Part shown: one piece after another, positions 38,170-52,442 of the stretch
How positions within the stretch are numbered: position 1 is the stretch's first letter
Layout of the letters: the number at the start of each line of letters is the position of its first letter
Source: Ruditapes philippinarum
Lineage: Eukaryota
Assembly (NCBI RefSeq): GCF_026571515.1
Contig: NW_026860239.1
Location: 1 to 64,000 of the forward strand
Direction: 5' to 3'
Length of the DNA stretch: 64,000 nt
Program-made: the position numbers and the translations under genes
Notes under the pieces: model-generated
Told to the model about the DNA's origin: nothing
Database searches by the model: none
The model's input: the letters and a program-made list of their open reading frames with translations, nothing else

Positions 38170-41100
38170 CAATGTGGCCATACCACGTGACTTTTCGGAT
38201 ACGGAACACGCCGATTTTTCTCCCGACTCAGGTATGTTTTTTATTCATAACTTATTTATTACTCAACCGATTTTGATGAGATAAGGCGCAGAGTACCCGT
38301 AATTATATCAGTTATCCACGGTATATTAAAATTCTGAAAACCTCTGAATGGTTTTTGAGAACATTCGAGTACAGTTTTCTTTTCATAGCCTGGGCCGAGG
38401 GGAACGGTACACACTCATTTGGCATAACAGGCGATTTCTAGCAAGTCATATGTTTTTTGACACTATTTCATAGAAAAATACATGTTAAATCTGATATATT
38501 TACTATGTCCAACGTATCGAGTGAATGCAGTCATGTTTTAGCATATTTTCATAAAGTGATGTTGAAATGATACGGAACACACTGTTATTTCAAAAGATAC
38601 GGTACACACACAATTTCTGTCTTTGAAACAATTCTAAAATAAAATATATAAAAAAATTAATTTAAATTATAATGTGACTGATTTTTTTCATAGTTATACA
38701 TTTTATTAATTTAAACGAGAACCCTGGGACCTGTTTTGCAAAGTATCATTATGCCTACAGTTTGATGTAAACAGGATTATTCAAAACATAAAAGAACATT
38801 TTGAGAGTACGTTGCGCAAAATTCGATTTTATATGTTGAGCAACTATAAAATGTTAAAATTTTATGGAGGGATACGGAAGACATTCAAAATTTTGTTTTG
38901 TTTTGATTTTCATTTGAAACAATTAGGTATATTCTTTTGGATTATAAAACGAATTATGAAATTCATGGACATCTGTTATGTGCGATTATTATTTCATTTA
39001 ATTTGTTTGTTCGAATATATAATGACTGTCTAAACGTAGTATGAATATATAAACAACAAGAAGTTAGGAGTAAGTTGGAAATATATGTTCCTTGCAAAAT
39101 GTTGTTTAAATAATCGAATTTGGAGAAAAAACGCTGGTTTTGATGTAAGTGGATTTTTTTTTAAATCACGGAAAGTTTAAAGTTTTTTTCGGCCACATGA
39201 TATTTGGTATGAAACATCTGACGGGGTCCCAAACTAACTGCATGTATCTAAATTATCAAATTATCTACATATGGACAAATATATTTCGCAGTTTTACGTG
39301 CAATCAAAATTAAAATTTGATAATTTGAAGAACCCATATGGGAACAAGGCCTGTTATATAACGTAACGTAGTTCATACAAGGTAACCTTGTTGCATAATA
39401 AAATTACATGTAAGGATATACATGTTAGGAAATTTGGTAAAATTATGCCTATCTTGGACTTTCATTTCAAGATGCATTTAACACTTGAGTTCATGGATAT
39501 GTGTGCTTGCGTGTTTGTGTTAAAAATAAAATGATATTTTAATAATACCCATTTTGTCAATCAAATGCTATGGATTTTGGAGGCTGCGTTCTGTTTTATA
39601 TACTACATGAAGTAGGTACGAGACCACAAGTGACTTCGATGTTTCGATTTTTTATGTGAGAAAGTTTTCTTACTACCGTACAGAATGTCGGTCGTTTTAC
39701 TCAGGTGCCCGTTCGTTCCTTTATTTATACCCAAAGGGGCACTTGTAAAACTCGAAAGTCGCCACATGATAATGTCAGTTTTATGAGCCGTGAAACCAAA
39801 CCAAAAATGACCTAATTACATGAATTAAAAGTTATTTTTAAAGCTTCATGCCTTTAAACATTAAAAATTTAAGCAATGGCGACTACATTTTTATTTGTTT
39901 GGGTCGTCAGACCAAACAAATAATGGTAGCGAAATTTCAGGCTCTGATATGCTTATTTGCAAAATAAGAAAGTAGTCCGAACCCCTGGAAGCGGTTACTT
40001 ACCTTTATATGTACTCTAACGCTGAAAAAATAAGGGGGGATCACTGTGTTAAGATTGTCAAATGACGGGCGCATTAATTTTCAAGCCTTCTCGGGAGAAG
40101 AAAAAGTAGTTCCCGATTGGTCAAAGATTTCAAATATTGTGTAATTCTTTAAAGATATACATGCAATATTAAGCTCCATGATTATTTACATCAGTGTCAA
40201 ACGAAATTAATAAGGGTTACAAACCCTAATTTAGAATGATATGGTTTTCTTCAGGCTGTTATCTGATAACTTCCCCGTGGTCAAGGGGTTACACGCTCGT
40301 TTAGGAAGAGAGATGTCCTGAGTTCAAATCCAAGTTAAGGCAACTCATGTTTTTTTGTTTTTTTTTTTAATTGTTTAAGCCAAATAAACAATGAATTACA
40401 TATCAGTGTTGCAATAAGCCTTATAGCCAATTTACTACAGTTATGACACTATAAACAACATTGGTGGCACTATACAAAAACAAATTGGTTTACAATCTCA
40501 CAGCCTTCACCTTTCTGACATTCTGAGACTCAAACAAATTCAGCGCCTTCTGTGATTTGATTTATTAAAAATGGCCATGATATTGCAAAATTGTACCTAA
40601 TGACTTGCTTATTATTAACAAAATATAAATATATATAAATTGTTATCAAGTAATGATACTTTTCAGCGATTTAGGTCATGACCTTGTTTTATTTTTTCAG
40701 GATGAATCAAAAAGACATATCTTACTTCACTTAAACTAAAAGAAATAAAAAACAACAATAAACAACAATAAACACAGCATTATATAACAACATTTTATTT
40801 CTATATAGCGCAACTACCTGATTCTGTGAATATCGAAGTGTTTAACATACCCTAGGTGATTTTAAATAGGACAATTACATGGAGGTTGTAAATGTTAAGT
40901 GTGATCTCTTGAAATTTGGGCACAAATACATATAAACATTAAAAGTAAGCATTATGATACATTGCAAATCAGGTCCCTGGGTTCTCTTTTAGATTAATAA
41001 AATGTATAACTATGAAAAAAATCACTCACATTATAAATGAAATTAAATTTTAATATATTTTATTTTAGAATTATTACAAAGACATAAATTGTGTGTGTAC

Positions 41101-41532
41101 CGTATCTTTTGAAATAACAGTGTGTTCCGTACCATTTCAACATAACTTTATGAAAATATGCTAAAACATCACTGCATTCACTCGATACATTGGACATAGT
41201 AAATATATCAGATTTAACATATATTTTTCTATGAAAAAGTGTCAAAAAACATATGACTTGCTAGAAATTGCTTGTTATGACAAATGAGTGTGTACCGTTC
41301 CCCTCGGCCCAGGCTATGAAAAGAAAACTGTACTCGAATGTTCTCAAAAACCATTCAGGGGTTTTCAGAATTTTGATATACTATGGATAGCTGATATAAT
41401 TACGGGTACTCTGCGCCTTATCTGATCAAAATCGGTTGAGTAATAAATAAGTTGTGAATAAAAAACATACCTGAATCGGATGAAAAATCGGCGTGTTCCG
41501 TACCCGAAAAGTCACGTGGTATGGCCACATTG
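38170..41532. mobile_element. 3.36-kb non-autonomous DNA transposon with ~600-bp TIRs and a 5-bp TSD
   Basis: CAATGTGGCCATACCACGTGACTTTTCGG at 38170, with its reverse complement ending at 41532. Inverted homology extends to ~38770 and ~40935. TGATT flanks both ends. Confidence 0.92.
40271..40346 (+). pseudogene. tRNA-Pro(AGG)-like sequence followed by T-runs, inside the long-TIR element
   Basis: TGGTCAAGGGG (A box), CTCGTTTAGGAAGAGAG (anticodon-arm-like), GAGTTCAAATCC (B box), then T7 at ~40350. Confidence 0.6.
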
Positions 41533-42649
41533 TGATTTAAAGATCCTTTAACACAAATCTTTTATGGTTTTATATCATAAATATGATGCTCAAATTAAGA
41601 TTTATCAATTTTGTAAGTTCCAAAATGCATTATTTATAAAGATATTACCGAATTTAACATTTCATGTAAATAAAGGGAGGTAATAAAAATTTATTTTCTA
41701 TATATAAGTCAATTTTTTCAATAAGAAATGAATGCATATATTTTAATGATTACATAATTTTATAATATGTACAAATATTTGCAGTATATATTTTACATAT
41801 TCTTCGATGTTTGAAAATTATTTTATAAGCATAATTATATTTCACTTAAATGTGGTATACAACCTCAATTACAACATACAGGATGTTTAAGGAACATTAT
41901 ATTATGATTTATCCAAATTTTCCATTTTAAGCATAAAATAAGTGGTAAAAATAAAACAGTTTCATCAGTACAAATACAGAACAATTAACAATGATTGTCA
42001 CCGTTTTTTTTTTCTTGTTTCAGTGAACATTTAAATAAACATCTCTTTTTAACAAAACTTGCATTGTTACAACTGAACATTAGCCCCTTTGAGCCTAGGT
42101 GATATCAATTACTTCACAAAATACCCGAGTTCATTGACTTACAATGTACATGAACCCATAAAGGAAATGACATATCGGCGGGTAATGAAATCTATACATT
42201 ACATACAATTTACATGTATGTATAACCAAGTTGATTTTGCCAATAAAATAAATAAAGAAATACTATGTTATTATTCAGTACAATGACACGGTAAAATAAC
42301 AAATTACCACATGTACAATGTACATACCGTAATTACACCAAATTGTTATATTTTTAGTTGCATTAAAATCTTGTACTATTTAAATTGATTGATTTTAAGC
42401 TTAATTTTTCTTCACCTTATCACACTGTTGTAATGTGTAAGTGATAGTTTTATGTATTCTTTTACTGGTAAGTAATTTTTGTGATTTTTTATGGCATAGA
42501 GATGAGTTACATTTTGTATATTTATATATAACACATTTACATTTAAGGTAATAAGGGATGGCAAAAGATTATACTTTTGTAACTAGTGCAGACCAAGATA
42601 TGATCCAAGCCGGTCTGCACTGTTGGCTTACAAATTTTCTCAATAAATC

Positions 42650-42721
42650 ATCACCTTAGTGCAGTAATGGGTTAACTACTATTGATTAATAGGAGTTAAC
42701 CTGTTACTGCACTAAGGTGAT
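42650..42721. repeat. 72-bp near-perfect palindrome (mini-MITE or hairpin)
   Basis: The 36-bp arm ATCACCTTAGTGCAGTAATGGGTTAACTACTATTGA and its partner differ at 4 positions. Confidence 0.9.
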
Positions 42722-44224
42722 AAAATGATGAATAGTTTTTATGGACAAGTCCATTTAAGATATTAAGGGTTAAGATAAGAAAATGCAAATTTATCTATTA
42801 AGTGGGTTTTTTATGTTCCTTTTGGGTTATTTGACCTTTTTCTTTTTAACACTTTTACAATATACAGACTTAAGATAGTGTATAAATCCATAAAGTTTAC
42901 CATTTAGTTGTCATTTTATAATAAAAAAACAATCTGTTCTTGTTTTTTTGAACTTACACATTTATATAAAGCATTGAATTAAAAAGAACGTCTCAAAAAT
43001 GTCATATCCCTGAATTTTTGCATGATGTTCATTAACCTAACAGTGCTCTATGCTTTTTATTGCAAAAAAATGACATTAATAGAGTGTAGAACATAAATTG
43101 CATAACCATAAACTGGATTGAATATAAGTCTATATTACCCCCCCCCCCCCCAAACAAAATGTTAATGAAATGCCACAAAAGGTCAGGACAGGGTTTTTTT
43201 TCCCTACAAAAGACAATGACATATATATAAGAAAATTTTAATCATTTATCTGTATTGAGGTCGCTATTTTCAGAAAATATTCAATATATAATAGTCATGT
43301 GACAACTTAAACTTAATACATTATTAAAGATATATACGCTAATGTATGGTTAATAAATATTTTATGACAACATAATCATGTGAGATTTGGCTTAGATAAT
43401 CTATTTTTTGACCTGCAGGTAAATTTACTTATTTTTATTATCAATTTCTGTATTTTTTTTATCTTATTGGATAAGTGGTTTATATATTTAGTACACAATG
43501 TCTTATTGTAGTTTTAGGTCATTCATTTATTGACCAATTAGAATGACCCAGATATATGGATGAATCTACGGCTTTCCGGTTTTCCGTTTGCGTACTATTT
43601 GTACAGGTTTACCAACTATTATTAATAAGTAAGATTTAATCTGATTGGACAGGATATTCAATAATACCTGTATAAACATTTTACATTAATCTTTCTAAGA
43701 AATGATTGCTAAATATATGTCTAAAAAAATACCGTCATTTTGAGGTATAAATTTGAAAAAGTTTTATCATTATTGATGTGTTTGAAATATTTTTACAAAT
43801 ATCATCTGATTTAATGCGATGAAAATTTGATGAAAGTTAAAACAGTTTCAGAATTTTATACCAAAAGTTAGTATTATTTTTTATTCTATAATTTTATTCT
43901 TGTTTCACCAGTACAGTTGTAATGTACACCTAATTTTTATAATTTATGAAAAATAATTCTACTTTAAAATTCATGGGGGAAATAAAATCTGCAAAATTTA
44001 AGAATTGAAAATAAATAATGAAAGCTGAAAGGTAAGGAAATATAAGGGTTTTATTTAAATATGTGACAAAACTTGTAAAAAACGAAAAAAAGAACTTATT
44101 TTGCTGTTGGTACTTCAATCATATTAAAAAATTGTAAATTCTGATATATTTTACATTTATAAAACATTCAAAGTTTCATTTGGAATTTGAATATTAAAAT
44201 TACATAAATGTACTAAATTGTTGG

Positions 44225-44433
44225 CATGGCTGAGTGGTTAATGCGCCAGACTAGTAATATAAGGATGCTTGGCCTCGTGGGTTCAAAACCCATCAGGGGC
44301 AAGCTGTTGTTTCTTTGAAAATTTTACACTCATGGTTTAGTACTGGTTAAAGGAACAGATTTGAAGGTTGTTTCAAAATGCTTATAGCTTCTAACACAAT
44401 CAAACCAGAATACATTTGTATAAACTAAACTAA
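44225..44433 (+). mobile_element. Degenerate tRNA-derived SINE (CORE-like body)
   Basis: A box TGGCTGAGTGG, B box GGTTCAAAACC, a body with TTAGTACTGGTT and a (TAAAC)n tail. Confidence 0.7.
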
Positions 44434-45344
44434 ATTTATTAAGAACATGTGTGGGTGTAATTGTTATTCTTAAGAAGATTTAGTTTGCTCATCTTAAAGT
44501 GTTTTTTTTGTACCTCTGTAAATTCTTATGAATGGTTCTGGTGATATTGACATATCTTTATGTGTCTTAATATTTAGTTACATAATAGTTACATCATCTT
44601 TACATCTAAACATAGCAATTTGATCCCTTCATTATTATTTTTTTTTTCTTCAAAAAATGAAGAAAAAAAAATCCTTTCATGACATTGATTAAAAAATTAA
44701 AAGAGACTTCTTATGAATAATTTTGTACATTGAACTTTGAATTTAATATAAAAGTGCTTTGGTTAAAAGATCAACCAATTATATTTTACAGGTACATTTA
44801 TATAATGTAAATAGGTACAATGTTCTACTTTTTTGATTCCAAGGACGTGACAGGTTTATGTTTCAACATTATGTGATGAATTTATCATCAGAGACATTCA
44901 AGAAATTGCATGCACTGTCTGAATCTATTGATTTTACTTTACTTTAAGATTGAATTTCTCTGATATTTTAGACAAATTTAATATTCCACAGTAATAAAAA
45001 TTGATAAGTTAATTTCATTATTAATGTCAGAGAAATTTACAGGTTTTGAGGTCATTGTAGTATTTTTCAAAATGTTGGTTGAGTAATTATTCATGTTTCA
45101 TTATTCAGCACATTTAGCTCAGTTACTACAAGGTGTATTGCCTGTATCTCCATAAAATATAATGTTCAACACCTTTGGTTCTTTTCCATATGAAGTGGTC
45201 ACAGATTACCTTTGTGTTGTCAATTTGTTAAAATTCAACCAAATAAAATGATTCATAAACTGTATTCACTGCCAGTGCTTAGATATTTATTCACTTTGCT
45301 GACAGTGTTTGATGGCTTTATATTCATTCAGTGCTTGTGCCTAA

Positions 45345-47370
45345 CAATATATTCACTTGACTGCCATTGCCTAGCTATATATTCACTTGACTGCCATTGC
45401 CTAGCTATATATTCACTTGACTGCCATTGCCTAGCTATATTTTCACTTGACTTACCTAGCTATATATTCACTTGACTGCCATTGCCTAGCTATATATTCA
45501 CTTGACTGCCATTGCCTAGCAAAACATGTTTATTTACATTTACTTGACTTCCATTACCTAGCTATATATTCACTTGACTACCATTGTCTACCTATATATT
45601 CAATTGACTGCCATTGTCTAGCTATATATTCTCTTGACTGCCATTGCCTATCTAGCTTTATATTCACTTGACTGCCATTGTCTAGCTATATATTCACTTG
45701 ACTGCCATTGCCTAGCTATATATTCACTTGACTGTCATTGCCTAGCTATATATTCACTTGACTGTCATTGCCTAGCTTTATATTCACTTGAATGTCATTG
45801 CCTAGCTATATATTTACTTGACTGTCATTGTCTAGCTTTATATTCACTTGACTGCCATTGTCTAGCTATATATTCACTTGACTGTCATTGTCTAGCTATA
45901 TATTCACTTGACTGTCATTGCCTAGCTATATATTCACTTGACTGTCATTGCCTAGCTATATATTCACTTGACTGTCATTGCCTAGCTATATATTCAATTG
46001 ACTGCCATTGCCTAGCGATATATTCAATTGACTGCTATTGCCTATCTATATATTCACTTGACTGCCATTGCCCTAAGCTATATATTCACTTGACTGTCAT
46101 TGCCTAGCTTTATATTCAATTGACTGTCATTGCCTGGCTATATATTCACTTGACTGCCATTGCCTAGCTATTTATTCACTTGACTGTCATTGCCTAGCTA
46201 TATATTCTATTGACTGTCATTGCCTAGCTATATATTCACTTGACTGCCATTGCCTAGTTATTTATTCAATTGACTGCCATTGCCTAGCTATATATTCAAT
46301 TGACGGTCATAATACCTAGCTATATATTCACTTGACTGCTGATTGTCTAGCTATTTATTCAATTGACTGTCATTGGCTAGCTATATATTCAATTGACTAC
46401 CATTTCCTAGCTATTTATTAAATTGAATGTCATTTCCTAGCTTTATATTAACTTGACTTTCATTGCCTAGCTATATATTCACTTGACTGCCATTGCCTAG
46501 CTATATATTCAATTGACTGTCATAATGCCTAGCTATATATTCACTTGACTGCTGATTGCCTAGCTATTTATTCACTTGACTGCCATTGCCTAGCTATTTA
46601 TTCACTTGACTGTCATTACCTAGCTATATATTCTCTTGACTGTCATTGCCTAGCTATATATTCACTTGAATGTCATTGCCTAGCTTTATATTCACTTGAC
46701 TGTCATTGCCTAGCTATATATTCAGTTGACTACCATAGCCTAGCTATTTATTCACTTGACTGCTATTGCCTAGCTATATATTCTCTTGACTGCCATTACC
46801 TAGCTATATATTCTCTTGACTGCGATTGCCTAGCTATATATTCAATTGACTGCTATTGCCTAGCTATATATTCACTTGACTGCCATTGCCTAGCGATATA
46901 TTCACTTGACTGCCCTTGCCTAGTTATATATTCACTTGACTGTCATTGCCTAGCTATATATTCAATTGACTGCCATTGCCTAGCTATATATTCACTTGAC
47001 TGGCATTGCCAAGCTATATATTCAATTGACTGCTATTGCCTAGCTATATATTCACTTGACTGTTTTTGCCTAGCTATATATTCACTTGACTGCCATTGCC
47101 TAGCGATATATTCACTTGACTGATTTTGCCTAGCTATATATTATCACTTGACTGCCATTGCCTAGCGATATATTCACTTGACTGTCATTGCCTAGCTATA
47201 TATTCAATTGACTGTCATTGCCTAGCGATATATTCACTTGACTGTCATTGCCTAGCTATATATTCACTTGACTGTCATTGCCTAGCTATATATTCACTTG
47301 ACTGTCATTGCCTAGATATATGCTCATTTTAGTGCCTTACTATTATATCACTTCTTAGCTATATATTCAC
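45345..47370. repeat. 30-bp minisatellite (TATATTCACTTGACTGCCATTGCCTAGCTA), ~2 kb
   Basis: 30-bp period. It yields CHCLAIYSLD-repeat ORFs broken by indels. Confidence 0.97.
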
Positions 47371-48380
47371 AATGCTTGCTTTCTTTAATTTTCATTTGTT
47401 ATGAGCCCCAAATTACCTAAAGTTAAATTCCAAACACCCCAAAATCAAAACCCGGGCTTTTTTGGCTCTCTTTTTTGATAATACTAATTATTCGAAATTT
47501 AATTTTACAGATTTTAAAAAGTTTTTAAAATCTCTGTTACACATCCACACTTCCTTGATGGTATCATCATGTACTGTTGTATAGATTATACTTAAATATG
47601 CTACCTTATTTCAAGGCCCTTTGATCAATTTGTACATTAAAACAATATTTAAATAACTTTAATGATTCAAAAACTTAAAATATTCTTGTTAAATCATAAA
47701 ATTATAAAATAATTGTCACAGTAAATTATTAACGGGATCATATTAACAAATTAACGGGATCACAATGGTTTGGATGTTAATAAATTATCATATTGAAATC
47801 ATCTTAATTAGCATTTAATTGATGAATCCCGGCACAGGTTTTATTTGTCAGTATGACTGAAATAGTAATGTCCCACCCAGTTCATGACATTCTGGAAGGG
47901 TGAATTAATTTCATAATGGTATATGCCTTCAAATGTCAAAACTGCATTGATGAAAGTTACTGAATGAAATGGTGACAATGTGTTTACAAATTAGGTCAAA
48001 TTGCACAATGAAATATTTTGTAGACTTCCTCAGCAAAGTGATTTAACCGAAACTGAAAATGATGTGTTTGCCACCATTATAGATCAGAGCCATCCTGCAC
48101 TTCTGTACAGACTTTCCAAGGGTCTATACTGTTTGTATTTTGATTTTGAAATTCTTTAAAAATTCTATAAATTAACTGTTCAAATTCAAATCAGGACAAA
48201 ATTCATTATGAAAATATTGCAGGTTAATGGATCAAGGTGTATTTGTTTGCACCTCACCTTAAGTAATTCAATTACATTTGTAGTTTTAAATCAGGTAACT
48301 GTTCAAGTTACAAGTTTAGAAAGTCCCATCGGATGATCGCTAATGTAACCTGTACGAGAAGTTATTCTTATACCATTAAC

Positions 48381-49799
48381 TTTTTATACGCCCGTTTGAA
48401 AAACGGGACGTATTATGGGAACGCCCCTGGCGGGCGGGCGGTTGGGCGGGCGGGCGGCGTCCAATTTTGTCCGGAGCATATCTCCTACATGTATGGAGGG
48501 ATTTTAATGAAACTTCATAGAAATGTTCACCACTATGAGGAGCAGTGTCGCGCACATGAACCAGGTCTCTAGGTCAAAGGTCAAGGTCACACTTAGAGCT
48601 CATTGAAAAACGCTTGTCTGGAGCAAAACTTCCACATGCATAGAGGGATTTCAATATAACTTGGCACAAATGTTCACCATTGTGAGGCGGAGTGTTGCGC
48701 GCAAAATTTAGGTCCTTGCGGCCAAGGTCAAGGTCACACATAGAGGTCAAAGTTTAGATAAAAATATGAAGATGTGCATAGGGACGATTTAATCATCATT
48801 TATTGAGGGATTGTAACACAAATGGTTATTATCATGACTACAGCTGTGACACATGTACTTTAGGTCAATATATGCAAGGTCAAGGTCACTAAAGATGGTG
48901 AAATATCCAGATTTTGTCTGGAGCATATCTCCTACATGTATGGAAGAATTTTTATAATACTTTAGGAATTGGAAATGTTCACCACCATGATATGTATTGC
49001 TCCATGCATGATCCAGGTCTCCAGGTCAAAGGTCAAGGTCACACTTAGAGCTCATTGAAAAACGCTTGTCCGGAGCAAAACTTCTACATTCATAGGGGGA
49101 TTTCGATATAACTTGGCACAAATGTTCACCATTTTGAGGCTGAGTGTCGCACGCAAAATTCAGATCCCTGCGATCAAAGTCAAGGTTACACATAGAGGTC
49201 AAAGTTCAGATAAAAATTTGAAGATGTGTATAGGGACCATTTAGTCATCATTTATTGATGGATTGTAGCACAAATGGTAACTATCATGACTACAGGTGTG
49301 ACACATATAATTTAGGTTAATATTTGCAAGGTCAAGGTCACTGGAGATGATTAAATATCCAGATGTTGTCCGGAGCATATTTTCTACATGCATGGAGGAA
49401 TTTTAATGTTACTTTATAGAATTGTTCACCACCATGAGACGTAGTGCCCTGCACATGAACCAAGTCTCTAGGTCAAAGGTGAAGGTCACAGTTAGAGCTC
49501 ATAGAAAAACGCTTGTCTGGAGCAAAACTTCTACATGCATAGAGGGATTTCAATATAATTTGGCACAAATAAACATCATTGTGAGGCTGAGTGCCGTGCA
49601 TAAAATTCAGGTCCCTGCGACCAAGGTCAAGGTCACACATCCTGTGCATATCTTCCCTACTGATTTGTTTTAAGGTTCATTTAACAACACAGTGCCAAGA
49701 ATAAAAACTTGCTTGCTAGATAACACTTATCCATAATGCCCCCATCTCCATCTAAAGCTTTCGTAAACGGGCGTATTTTGTGACTATGGCACCCTTGTT
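48381..49799 (+). mobile_element. HINE-like element with ~450-bp internal repeats
   Basis: Subterminal IR ATACGCCCGTTT (48386) / AAACGGGCGTAT (49765), (GGGC)n, repeats at 48469, 48916 and 49368 rich in AAGGTCA, and a CTTGTT end. Confidence 0.85.
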
Positions 49800-50786
49800 A
49801 CCTCTTGAATTTGTATAATTACTTCCCCCTGATTTGAATCTATAAGCAGTCAATTTAATGATGAAGTGTTTTCTATTTGGATATACAAAAACAAGAGCTG
49901 CCAACAGTATCTGCTCAAACTGAATGGAAGTGCAGGCTGGCCAGTGGCTCTATAGTCTATGAAGACTGACAACTTTTCTGAGATTTTAGACACATTAAAA
50001 AAATATCATGTGTAAACAACAACAACAGTAGTTCTTACAAATTTATTGCCTATTTTACATTATTTTCTTAATTGATTTATAATTTATTATTTGAGTTGAC
50101 AATTTACAATCAATCACAGTGACAAGACAGTGTGAATGAAATATTTAAATTTGGTCTGAATTGATCTGACATACACATATATATACTGTACATTATTTGC
50201 ATTTATTAAAGGTACATTGTGTAAGGTACTAGACTAAATTATTAATGTACAATGTGTTTGATAAATATTATGAGCAAGAAAATGAACAAAACTCAAAGTT
50301 CTTATATTTTACCAAAATGACTGTTTGATTATTACCATTAAAACTTTTAATTGCCATTATTGACAGACACTTTTTGGTGGAGTATTGCCTTAGATGCTTT
50401 GAACCGGAAAATTTAAACTTTAATTTACAATTTTAATATTTAAATTACACATACAGTAGAGTTAAATACGAACAGTTTCACTTTCAGAACTTGAAAATAA
50501 CAAATGTTATTATATAATCAGGAAGTAAACAAATTTTGGTATAAATTCAAAAAATTTCATCATAAATAAAACACAGTTTTAGTTACAGATATAGTTGTAT
50601 ATCCAGAACTCAGTAGATGTTGTTTTTTGAAAGCTTAACTCCTCAGGTACAAACAAACGTTTGCTCTGTTATAGCTTCACAGTGCACTACCATTCACAAT
50701 AGATAAGTCATCCTGTTTGCACCTATTCTCAAAATTGTCACTGTACAGGTGAAATGTATCCTGGATTCGCTAGGAAAACCTAAAAT

Positions 50787-51021
50787 GAGCCGTGTCATGA
50801 CAAAACCAACATAATGGTTTTGCGACCAGCATGGATCCAAACCAGCCTGCCCATCCGCGCAGTCTGATCAGGATCCATGCTTTTCGCCTACAAACCCTAT
50901 TACAAGTAGAGAAACTGATAGCGAACAGCATGGATCCTGATCAGACTGCGCGGATGCGCAGGCTGGTCTGGATCCATGCTGTTCGCAAAACCATTATGTT
51001 GGTTTTGTCATGACATGGCTC
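50787..51021. mobile_element. MITE, Sola2-like, full-length copy
   Basis: TIRs GAGCCGTGTCATGACAAAACCAACATAATGG / CCATTATGTTGGTTTTGTCATGACATGGCTC of ~100 bp. TSD AAAT at 50783-50786 and 51022-51025. Confidence 0.9.
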
Positions 51022-51939
51022 AAATATTCTTAATAGATGAATAGATGTTATACGGAATTTGGCAAATGTGGGTTTTTCCAAGCTAATTGCGGAGTACAAA
51101 CAAAATTTACTATTAAAGCTTTAAGGTACACAACCTGTAACAATAGATTAGTCAACCCTATTGTATTTATTTTCAAAGCTGTAACTGTAAAAGTTTGTTT
51201 GTACCCCTGGATTAGTTGGGAAAAACCCAAAATATTCTTAATTCCGGAGTAATTAAGTCAACATAATCTACTTGTAATATCAATATGAACATGCATATAT
51301 TAAGACACAGAATGCTGTGCTTTTATAAACTTTACTGATTATAATTTATCAATCAATATTTAAATCCACCTGTGTATTTTAAACTTAAAATTTCAAAATA
51401 AAGATTTTTTGAAAAGAAGACCTTTTAGATGGACAACTTTAGAAATACATATTTGGAAGAGCACCTTTAAAGATAAATATTAGGTGTAAAACCTTTAAAG
51501 ATTTCAGCATAGTAACTGCAGTTGCCACAAAACTGTTTTTCAGCATGTAGGTTCTTTTTTAAAAAGTTTGTATACTAGTAATTATATATATTGAAACAGG
51601 ATACTGTTGTTATAGTGTTTACAAATATAATGAATATATAAAATGACAGATACATTTGAAAAATAAAACCTGATGTATTTTGCCAGTGGAATGAAAATGT
51701 TAATGTGTCATTCAAAGGATACTTTTCTTACATGTTAAGTATGAATTATTTTTCTGATATATTTACATGTATATGAAAATTTTCAGTTGAGTTTTTGAGG
51801 ATTGGAATTGGGTGTTTTTTTGCCATTAGTGGTTAAAGTTGCTGATATTTTAATCACTTGCAAATTGCAACTGTCTGCCCAAATTCCGTAACAACAGGTT
51901 TTTTTTAGATTCTTTCATGTGGGGGAACTATCTGTAGTC

Positions 51940-52442
51940 AGTGGTTCTACTCAGGTTTCCCTTTCAAGCTTCAGGTTCTACTCAGGTTGTTCTACTCAGG
52001 ATCACACACAAGCTTGGTTCTTCTCAGGTTCCCATTCAAGCTTCATGTTCTACTCAGGTTGTTCTACTCAGGTTCACACACAAGCTTGGTCCTACTCTGA
52101 TTCCCACACAAGCTTGGTTCTACTCAGGTTGTTCTACTCAGGTTCACACACAAGCTTGGTTCTACCCTGAGGTTCCCACACATGCTTGGTTCTACCCTGA
52201 GGTTCCCACACAAGCTTGGTTCTACCCTGAGGTTCCCACACAAGCTTGGTTCTACCCTGAGGTTCCCACACAAGCTTGGTTCTACCCTGAGGTTCCCACA
52301 CATGCTTGGTTCTACCCTGAGGTTCCCACACAAGCTTGGTTCTACCCTGAGGTTCCCACACAAGCTTGGTTCTACCCTGAGGTTCACACACAAGCTTGGT
52401 TCTACCCTGAGGTTCCCACACATGCTTGGTTCTACTCAGGTG
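51940..52442. repeat. 30-bp minisatellite (GGTTCCCACACAAGCTTGGTTCTACCCTGA)
   Basis: Exact 30-bp period over 52141-52440, with degenerate units upstream. Confidence 0.95.

Noticed and set aside
41526-41540. RAG/Transib heptamer CACAATG at the right end of the long-TIR element
   Set aside because: The left end reads TTCAATG, and only the CAATG boundary gives a perfect TSD. There is no RAG or Transib ORF.
45212-47332. Cys/His-rich CHCLAIYSLD repeat ORFs suggesting a metal-binding protein
   Set aside because: This is a 30-bp minisatellite with frequent frame-breaking indels.
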